34,300 nucleotides of DNA from an uncultured Flavobacteriaceae bacterium (GTDB taxonomy: Bacteria; Bacteroidota; Bacteroidia; Flavobacteriales; Flavobacteriaceae), in assembly GCA_947311745.1 (NCBI GenBank), contig CAMZLT010000163.1, positions 1 to 34,300 of the forward strand. Reading direction: 5' to 3'. The translations under genes and the position numbers were made by a program. Position 1 is the first letter of the stretch; every line of letters starts with the position of its first letter. Below the pieces are notes generated by a model that did not search any database, was not told the origin of the DNA, and was given only the letters and a program-made list of their open reading frames with translations. Shown one piece after another: positions 7,919 to 13,559 of this stretch.

Positions 7919-7950
7919 TTATATCCATGCGTGTTATCACATGGATATAA
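7919..7950 (-). promoter_or_regulatory. Intercistronic stem-loop between the peptide gene and the downstream genes
   Basis: Perfect inverted repeat ATATCCATG (7921-7929) / CATGGATAT (7940-7948) with a 10-nt loop, extendable by two A-T pairs to 7919-7950. It sits 7 nt after the peptide stop and 6 nt before the lipoprotein ATG. On the RNA it is followed by AAAAUUU, not a clean U-tract. Confidence 0.5.
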
Positions 7951-7956
7951 GTTTAA

Positions 7957-8172
7957 TTAATATGCAGACACACCTGTACATGCATTGTAAGATCCATTAG
8001 TTCCAATGCATTGATCGTTCCACCAAGTTCCATGACATGAATACCAACAACCTCCGTCATTAGTCCAAGTTCCTGTGTGGCGATTAAAATCCCATCCTGC
8101 TTCAACTTTTTTCGGTTTTAAAGCATAAAGTGTTACAACAATTACTGCTAATAAAAATAATTTTTTTTTCAT
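7957..8172 (-). CDS. 71-aa precursor of a Cys/Trp/Gly-rich secreted peptide (first gene of the operon)
   Basis: ATG start. Leader is MKKK-LFLLAVIVVTLYAL-KPKKVEA. The predicted 46-aa C-terminal part is GWDFNRHTGTWTNDGGCWYSCHGTWWNDQCIGTNGSYNACTGVSAY, with 4 Cys, 5 Trp, 8 Gly and no Lys, Leu, Glu, Met or Pro. Line 7981-8040 hand-counts at 24/60 G+C, against 8-17/60 in neighbouring operon lines. Confidence 0.7.
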   Translation of the reverse strand: MKKKLFLLAVIVVTLYALKPKKVEAGWDFNRHTGTWTNDGGCWYSCHGTWWNDQCIGTNGSYNACTGVSAY

Positions 8173-8235
8173 TTTTTAAAAGTTTTAATTAGTTAATAAA
8201 TATTTATGGTGCTAATATATAAATAATTTTTAAAT

Positions 8236-8251
8236 AACACAAATATGTGTT
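8236..8251. promoter_or_regulatory. Candidate operator palindrome in the divergent XRE/peptide-operon intergenic region
   Basis: AACACA-AATA-TGTGTT is a perfect 6-4-6 inverted repeat. On the minus strand it contains CATATTTG (8240-8247), a 7/8 match to the Bacteroidetes -7 box TAnnTTTG, about 68 nt upstream of the peptide ATG. Confidence 0.4.
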
Positions 8252-8278
8252 TATATTATATTCAAATAATACTCATTT

Positions 8279-8515
8279 TTGAAAGTGCTTGAAAATGAAG
8301 AAATACAATTTATTCAAAATTTTGGTAAACGATTAAGAAAGATTAGAATTGAGAAAAATTTGTCTCAAGAAAATTTAGCAAATGATGCTGATATACCTAT
8401 AAATCAAGTTGGCAGAATTGAACGAGCAGAAATTTTTACTTCGTTAAAAACCATATATAGATTATCTAAAGCATTAAACATAGAAATAATAGAATTATTC
8501 AGAGAACAAGTTTAA
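8279..8515 (+). CDS. XRE-family helix-turn-helix transcriptional regulator
   Basis: 78 aa with an HTH_3 pattern (FGKRLRKIRIEKNLSQENLANDADIPINQVGRIERAE....LKTIYRLSKALN). There is no in-frame ATG, so the start must be TTG 8279 or GTG 8285. Its 3' end overlaps the convergent dxs 3' end by 21 nt. Confidence 0.7.
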   Translation: MKVLENEEIQFIQNFGKRLRKIRIEKNLSQENLANDADIPINQVGRIERAEIFTSLKTIYRLSKALNIEIIELFREQV

Positions 8516-10288
8516 AATAATCCTCTCAATAGATTTCATATCCAAACCAACTATTTTTTGTAGTTCGGAAATGCTTCCGTGTTCTATAAAAATATCAGGA
8601 ACTCCGATGCGTTTTACACGAATATTATGATACGTGTTTTCCTGTAAAAATTCTAAAATTGCGGTTCCAAATCCGTTAGTAATACTTCCGTCTTCAATGG
8701 TAATAATAGTATTAAAATTTTTAGCAATTTTATGCAACAAAACTTCATCTAAAGGTTTTACAAACTGCATATCTGAATGAAAAACAGCCTTTTTAAACGG
8801 TTTTTCTTTACATATTTCAATAATGGTATTGGTTGTAATTCCGATAGTTAAAACAGCTATTTTATTTCCTTTATTTAATACTTTTGCTTTACCAATTTCT
8901 ATTTTAGAAAATGTATTTGTTTTATTTTCTTCACTAACACGACCACGAGGATATCGTATAGCAATTGGTAAGTTTAAACCAAGTTGAGCTGTGTATAAAA
9001 TATTTCGTAAATCGGAAGCATTTGTCGGAGCATAAATAATTAAATTAGGTATTAAACGCAGATAGGATATATCAAAAACACCATGATGTGTTGCACCATC
9101 TTCACCAACCAAACCAGCTCTATCCACACAAAAAATAACTGGTAATTTTTGCAAAGCAACATCGTGAATAATTTGATCGTAAGCACGTTGTAAAAAAGTA
9201 GAATATATTGTACAAAACGGAATAAATCCTTGTGTTGCCATTCCTGCTGAAAGCGTTACAGCATGTTGTTCGGCAATACCAACATCAAAAGCTCTGTTGG
9301 GAAATTCGGCAATCATATATTTTAACGAACTACCTGTTGGCATTGCTGGTGTTATACCAATAATTTTTTTATTTTTTCGTGCTAAAGCAACAAGAGTCAA
9401 ACCAAAAATATCTTGAAATTTTAAAGGTAAATTCAAGTTATTTACTATTCTATCACCAGAAATTTTATTAAATTTACCAGGAGCGTGATAAGTAATTTGA
9501 TTTTCTTCCGCTTGACGTAAACCTTTTCCTTTTGTAGTAATTACATGTAAAAATTTTGGTCCTTTTATGGTTTTTAACCGTTCTAATTCGCGAATAATTT
9601 TTGGTAAATCATGTCCGTCAATCGGACCAGAATAATCAAAATTTAATGCCTCAAAAATATTGAAATCACATTTTTTAGTGTCTTTTTTTATATGGGTTAA
9701 ATATTCTTTTAAAGCACCAACGTTTGGGTCGATTCCCATTTCGTTATCATTAAGAATAATTAAAATATTGGTATTGGTAACACCTGCGTGATTTAGACCT
9801 TCAAAAGCCATTCCACTTGCAATACTAGCATCGCCAATTACAGCAATATGTTGTTTCTCTGTTTCACCTTTTAACTGCGAAGCAATTGCCATTCCTAAAA
9901 CTGCCGAAATAGAGGTAGAAGAGTGTCCAACACCAAAAGCATCGTAAATACTTTCATTTCTTTTAGGAAAACCAGCAATACCATGTAATTGTCTATTTGT
10001 ATGAAAAATAGCCTTTCTACCAGTTAAAATTTTATGACCATACGCTTGGTGTCCAACATCCCAAACCAATAAATCCTTTGGTGTATCAAACACATAATGC
10101 AAAGCAATAGTCAGTTCTACAACACCTAAACTAGCACCAAGATGACCTTCTTTAGTTGCCACAATATCAATAATAAATTCGCGCAATTCTTTTGCAAGTA
10201 TTGGTAAATTTCTTATCGGAATTTTTTTTAGATCCTTAGGATATTGTATTTGTTCTAATATACTTTTTTTCACACAGCGAAAGTACAA
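8495..10288 (-). CDS. dxs: 1-deoxy-D-xylulose-5-phosphate synthase
   Basis: 597 aa with the TPP-enzyme signatures GHLGASLGVVEL, DVGHQAYGHKILTGR and IGDASIASGMAFEGLNHAG, plus a transketolase-like C-terminus. The track start is TTG at 10288; GTG at 10273 is an alternative. Confidence 0.95.
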   Translation of the reverse strand: MYFRCVKKSILEQIQYPKDLKKIPIRNLPILAKELREFIIDIVATKEGHLGASLGVVELTIALHYVFDTPKDLLVWDVGHQAYGHKILTGRKAIFHTNRQLHGIAGFPKRNESIYDAFGVGHSSTSISAVLGMAIASQLKGETEKQHIAVIGDASIASGMAFEGLNHAGVTNTNILIILNDNEMGIDPNVGALKEYLTHIKKDTKKCDFNIFEALNFDYSGPIDGHDLPKIIRELERLKTIKGPKFLHVITTKGKGLRQAEENQITYHAPGKFNKISGDRIVNNLNLPLKFQDIFGLTLVALARKNKKIIGITPAMPTGSSLKYMIAEFPNRAFDVGIAEQHAVTLSAGMATQGFIPFCTIYSTFLQRAYDQIIHDVALQKLPVIFCVDRAGLVGEDGATHHGVFDISYLRLIPNLIIYAPTNASDLRNILYTAQLGLNLPIAIRYPRGRVSEENKTNTFSKIEIGKAKVLNKGNKIAVLTIGITTNTIIEICKEKPFKKAVFHSDMQFVKPLDEVLLHKIAKNFNTIITIEDGSITNGFGTAILEFLQENTYHNIRVKRIGVPDIFIEHGSISELQKIVGLDMKSIERIILNLFSE

Positions 10289-10336
10289 ATTTTATTAAGA
10301 ATCGTATTTTGAATTTTTATTGCGTAATTTTGCAAT

Positions 10337-11119
10337 ATGAATACAAATCCGATAGGTTTTTTTGATTCTGGAATTGGCGGAATTTCCATTTGGAAAAAAG
10401 TAACCACTCTTTTACCAAATGAAAACACTATATATCTTGCAGATAGCAAAAATGCTCCTTACGGACAAAAATCCAAGCAACAAATTATAGATTTAAGTTG
10501 TAAAAACACCGAATTATTACTACAAAAAGGAGCAAAAATAATTGTAGTAGCCTGTAATACAGCAACTACAAATGCAATTGGTTATTTACGAAAAAAATAC
10601 AATGTTCCGTTTATAGGTATAGAACCTGCAATAAAACCAGCAGCTCTACAATCTAAAACTAAAAAAATAGGTATTCTTGCTACAAAAGGTACGTTAAATA
10701 GTAGTTTATTTTCCGAAAAAGTATTGCAATATTCGGATATTGAAATTTTAGAGCAAATTGGTGAAGGACTTGTTCCGTTAATAGAAAATGGTAATATTAA
10801 TTCCGCAGAATTAACTAATTTATTACATAATTATTTAGATAATTTACTGCAAAAAAATATTGATTATTTAGTTTTGGGTTGTAGTCATTATCCGTTTTTA
10901 TGGCAAAAAATTGAAAACTACATTGGCAAAAAAATTAAAATAATTGATTCAGGTGAGGCTGTTGCACGACAAACTAAAGCCATTTTATCAAAGTACAATT
11001 TATTAAATTTAACGAACAAAAAAAGTACCCATAAATTATATAGCAATACAAATACTTCCGTTTTAAAAATGTTTGTAAAAAATTGTAAAAATGTAGTAGT
11101 GGATAAGTTGGAATTTTAA
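10337..11119 (+). CDS. murI: Glutamate racemase
   Basis: 260 aa with FFDSGIGGISI, ADSKNAPYG, VVACNTAT and LGCSHYP, covering both catalytic Cys motifs. Confidence 0.95.
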   Translation: MNTNPIGFFDSGIGGISIWKKVTTLLPNENTIYLADSKNAPYGQKSKQQIIDLSCKNTELLLQKGAKIIVVACNTATTNAIGYLRKKYNVPFIGIEPAIKPAALQSKTKKIGILATKGTLNSSLFSEKVLQYSDIEILEQIGEGLVPLIENGNINSAELTNLLHNYLDNLLQKNIDYLVLGCSHYPFLWQKIENYIGKKIKIIDSGEAVARQTKAILSKYNLLNLTNKKSTHKLYSNTNTSVLKMFVKNCKNVVVDKLEF

Positions 11120-11160
11120 GGTTGTGAGAAATGGTTTTTTATTTTGAAATAAAAACAAAA

Positions 11161-11190
11161 ATCGCAACATATAACAGTTGCGATTTTTTT
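11161..11190. terminator. Bidirectional intrinsic terminator between murI and tRNA-Leu
   Basis: ATCGCAAC (11161-11168) / GTTGCGAT (11177-11184) forms an 8-bp stem. It is followed by TTTTTT on the plus strand and TTTTGTTTTT on the minus strand. Confidence 0.65.
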
Positions 11191-11191
11191 G

Positions 11192-11273
11192 TACTCGAGG
11201 TGGGAATCGAACCCACACTCCCGAAAGAACTGGATTTTGAATCCAGCGCGTCTACCAATTCCGCCACTCGAGC
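11192..11273 (-). tRNA. tRNA-Leu (anticodon CAA)
   Basis: The reverse complement reads GCTCGAG-TG-GCGGAATTGGTAGACGC-G-CTGGA-TTCAAAA-TCCAG-(long variable arm TTCTTTCGGGAGTG)-GTGGGTTCGATTCCCAC-CTCGAGT-A. It has a class II long variable arm and no encoded CCA. The 1:72 pair reads G.U in my folding. Confidence 0.9.
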
Positions 11274-11390
11274 ATTTTTATGCGACTGCAAATATAAAAA
11301 TATAATTGCAAAAAATGCGTTATTATGAAAAATTCACTACTATATTTTTTTCGTAAACGTACAAGAATAAAAAAAACAAAAAAATAATTG

Positions 11391-11417
11391 TTTGCTAAAA
11401 ATAAAAGTTTAGTTTTG
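11391..11417 (+). promoter_or_regulatory. Bacteroidetes-type promoter for the aromatic amino-acid operon leader
   Basis: A perfect -7 box TAGTTTTG (TAnnTTTG) lies at 11410-11417, 20 nt before the leader ATG. A TTTG at 11391-11394 (or TTG at 11388-11390) could serve as the -33 element. Confidence 0.5.
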
Positions 11418-11436
11418 TATTAGTTTTTAACCAATT

Positions 11437-11523
11437 ATGAAAAATATATTTACATATCCTAACCAGTATTATTTTTATTTCTTTTTTAGAAATAGAACGA
11501 GGTTATTATATGTTATAAATTAA
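11437..11523 (+). CDS. Tyr/Phe-rich leader peptide (28 aa) of a transcription attenuator
   Basis: ATG..TAA translates to MKNIFTYPNQYYFYFFFRNRTRLLYVIN. There are seven consecutive aromatic codons at 11467-11487 (TAT TAT TTT TAT TTC TTT TTT). It lies between a -7 box and a terminator directly upstream of pheA. Confidence 0.6.
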   Translation: MKNIFTYPNQYYFYFFFRNRTRLLYVIN

Positions 11524-11546
11524 ATAAAACAATTATTATTATATAA

Positions 11547-11578
11547 AATCTCGATAGAAATATCGAGATTTTTTTTTT
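11547..11578 (+). terminator. Attenuator terminator immediately upstream of pheA
   Basis: AATCTCGATA-GAAA-TATCGAGATT forms a 10-bp stem and is followed by a run of Ts ending at 11578. The pheA ATG is at 11588. Confidence 0.65.
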
Positions 11579-11587
11579 ACAAAAAAA

Positions 11588-12403
11588 ATGAATATAGCAA
11601 TACAAGGAATTAAAGGAGCATACCACCATATCGTTGCCGAAAACTATTTTGGAAACAATATTATTATAAACGAATGTTTAACTTTTGATGAAATGCCAAA
11701 AAAACTATTATCTAAAAAATCCGATTATTTAGTAATGGCTATTGAAAACTCCATTGCAGGTTCTATTCTTGCAAATTACAAACTAATTGACGAATTTAAT
11801 TTAAAAATAATTGGCGAACAATATTTAACCATTGCACATCAATTAATGGCTTTGCCAAATCAAAAAATTAGTGAAATTACCGAAATTCGCTCGCATCCTA
11901 TGGCAATAAACCAATGTAGAGATTTTTTACGAAAACATCCACATATTAAAGTAATCGAAGATCAAGACACTGCCGTAACAGCAAAAAATATCCGGAATAA
12001 AAAACTAAAAGGTATTGCCGCAATTGCTAGTGTCAAAGCAGCAGAATTATATGATTTAGAAATTATTGCCAAAAACATACAAAGTGTATCAAATAATTTT
12101 ACACGATTCTTTATTCTAAATCAAAATATTAAAAATGAAAAATACAACAAAGCATCTTTAAAATTTATTACCAAACATCAAAAAGGTAGCCTTGCCGAAG
12201 TTTTACAAATTTTTGTTAAAAATGATATTAATTTATCTAAAATACAATCTTTACCAATTGCGGAACAACCTTGGAAATACGCTTTTTTTACAGACATACT
12301 TTTTACCGAAAAAAAACAATTAAAAAATAGTATTCTACAACTTGAAAAAATAGTAGAAACCATAAAAATATTAGGAAAATATAAAAATAATAACACTTTA
12401 TAA
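11588..12403 (+). CDS. pheA: Prephenate dehydratase (with C-terminal ACT domain)
   Basis: 271 aa with IAIQGIKGAYHH, ENSIAGSI and TRFFIL motifs, followed by an ACT-like tail (GSLAEVLQIF..N.INLSKIQSLP). Confidence 0.9.
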   Translation: MNIAIQGIKGAYHHIVAENYFGNNIIINECLTFDEMPKKLLSKKSDYLVMAIENSIAGSILANYKLIDEFNLKIIGEQYLTIAHQLMALPNQKISEITEIRSHPMAINQCRDFLRKHPHIKVIEDQDTAVTAKNIRNKKLKGIAAIASVKAAELYDLEIIAKNIQSVSNNFTRFFILNQNIKNEKYNKASLKFITKHQKGSLAEVLQIFVKNDINLSKIQSLPIAEQPWKYAFFTDILFTEKKQLKNSILQLEKIVETIKILGKYKNNNTL

Positions 12404-12405
12404 CT

Positions 12406-13554
12406 ATGATAATTTCTAAATCTAATAGATTACAAACTGTAACGGAATACTATTTTTCTAATAAACTTAAAGAAATAGATAGGCTAAAAACACAAGGACA
12501 TGCCGTTTTAAATATTGGTATTGGTTCTCCTGATTTGCCACCTCCAAAAGCTGTTTTAGAAACTATTTCAAAAGCAGCCTTACAAGATAATGTACATGCG
12601 TACCAAAGTTATCAAGGTACACCAGAATTGCGAAATGCTATTCAGAAATTTTATCAAAAAAACTACGATACAGCATTACATGCAGATACTGAAATTTTAC
12701 CATTAATGGGGTCTAAAGAAGGAATTATGCTAATTTCTTTGGCTTTTTTAAACCAAGGAGACGCCGTTTTGATTCCAAATCCTGGATATCCTACCTACAC
12801 TTCGGCAACGAAATTAGTACAAGCAAAACCTATTTTTTACAAACTTAGCCAAGAAAATAATTGGTTTCCTGATTTAAAAGAATTAGAAAAAGAAAATTTA
12901 GAAAACGTAAAAATAATGTGGTTAAATTATCCTAATATGCCAACAGGGAAATTAGCTACAAAAAAGTTATTTACAGAGTTAATTTCCTTTGCCAAAAAAC
13001 ATAAAATTCTTTTAGTAAACGATAATCCATATAGTTTTATTCTAAACAAAAAACCAATGAGTATTTTAACTGTTCCAGATGCAAAATCTGTTGCGATAGA
13101 ATTAAATTCACTCAGTAAATCTTTTAATATTTCTGGTTGGCGAGTAGGGATGGCTTTAGGTAAAAAAGAATATTTAAAAGCAATATTACAAGTTAAAAGC
13201 AATATGGATTCTGGTATGTTTTACGGCATTCAAAAAGGTGCAATTACCGCTTTAAATTTAGATACTGATTGGTTTGAAAAACTAAATGAAACATATCGTT
13301 TTAGAAGAAAAATTGTGTGGAAAATTCTAGATAAATTAAACTGTACCTATTCAAAAAATAGCGTTGGTTTATTTGTTTGGGCAAAATTACCAAAAAATAA
13401 AAAAGCCATTGAATTTACCGATGATTTGCTCCAAAATAAAAAAGTGTTTATAACACCAGGGACTGTTTTTGGCACAAATGGAGAAGGATACATTAGAGTG
13501 TCTTTGTGTGCTTCTGAAAATATGCTAACCGAAATTTTAAATCGTTTAAATTAA
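12406..13554 (+). CDS. Class I/II PLP-dependent aminotransferase (likely aromatic/prephenate aminotransferase of the operon)
   Basis: 382 aa with GYPTY, NYPNMPTG and the PLP-lysine motif SLSKSFNISGWRVG. It starts 3 nt after pheA. Confidence 0.85.
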   Translation: MIISKSNRLQTVTEYYFSNKLKEIDRLKTQGHAVLNIGIGSPDLPPPKAVLETISKAALQDNVHAYQSYQGTPELRNAIQKFYQKNYDTALHADTEILPLMGSKEGIMLISLAFLNQGDAVLIPNPGYPTYTSATKLVQAKPIFYKLSQENNWFPDLKELEKENLENVKIMWLNYPNMPTGKLATKKLFTELISFAKKHKILLVNDNPYSFILNKKPMSILTVPDAKSVAIELNSLSKSFNISGWRVGMALGKKEYLKAILQVKSNMDSGMFYGIQKGAITALNLDTDWFEKLNETYRFRRKIVWKILDKLNCTYSKNSVGLFVWAKLPKNKKAIEFTDDLLQNKKVFITPGTVFGTNGEGYIRVSLCASENMLTEILNRLN

Positions 13555-13559
13555 TACAC

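Noticed and set aside
7914-7940. The track's GTG start at 7940 (or ATG at 7928) for the propeller-like lipoprotein
   Set aside because: Those starts add residues ahead of a canonical lipoprotein leader and fall inside the 7919-7950 stem-loop. The ATG at 7913 (MKKIIYLIIMISFSC) is the more economical reading, though the longer forms cannot be excluded.
11192-11273. tRNA-Leu as the integration site of the AT-rich island
   Set aside because: The tRNA is about 2.7 kb from the island edge, with dxs and murI in between. I saw no integrase and no repeat of the tRNA 3' end.
11131-11328. 65-aa plus-strand ORF from the track
   Set aside because: It runs straight through the minus-strand tRNA-Leu(CAA) (11192-11273) and its terminator. 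The tRNA cloverleaf fully explains the sequence.
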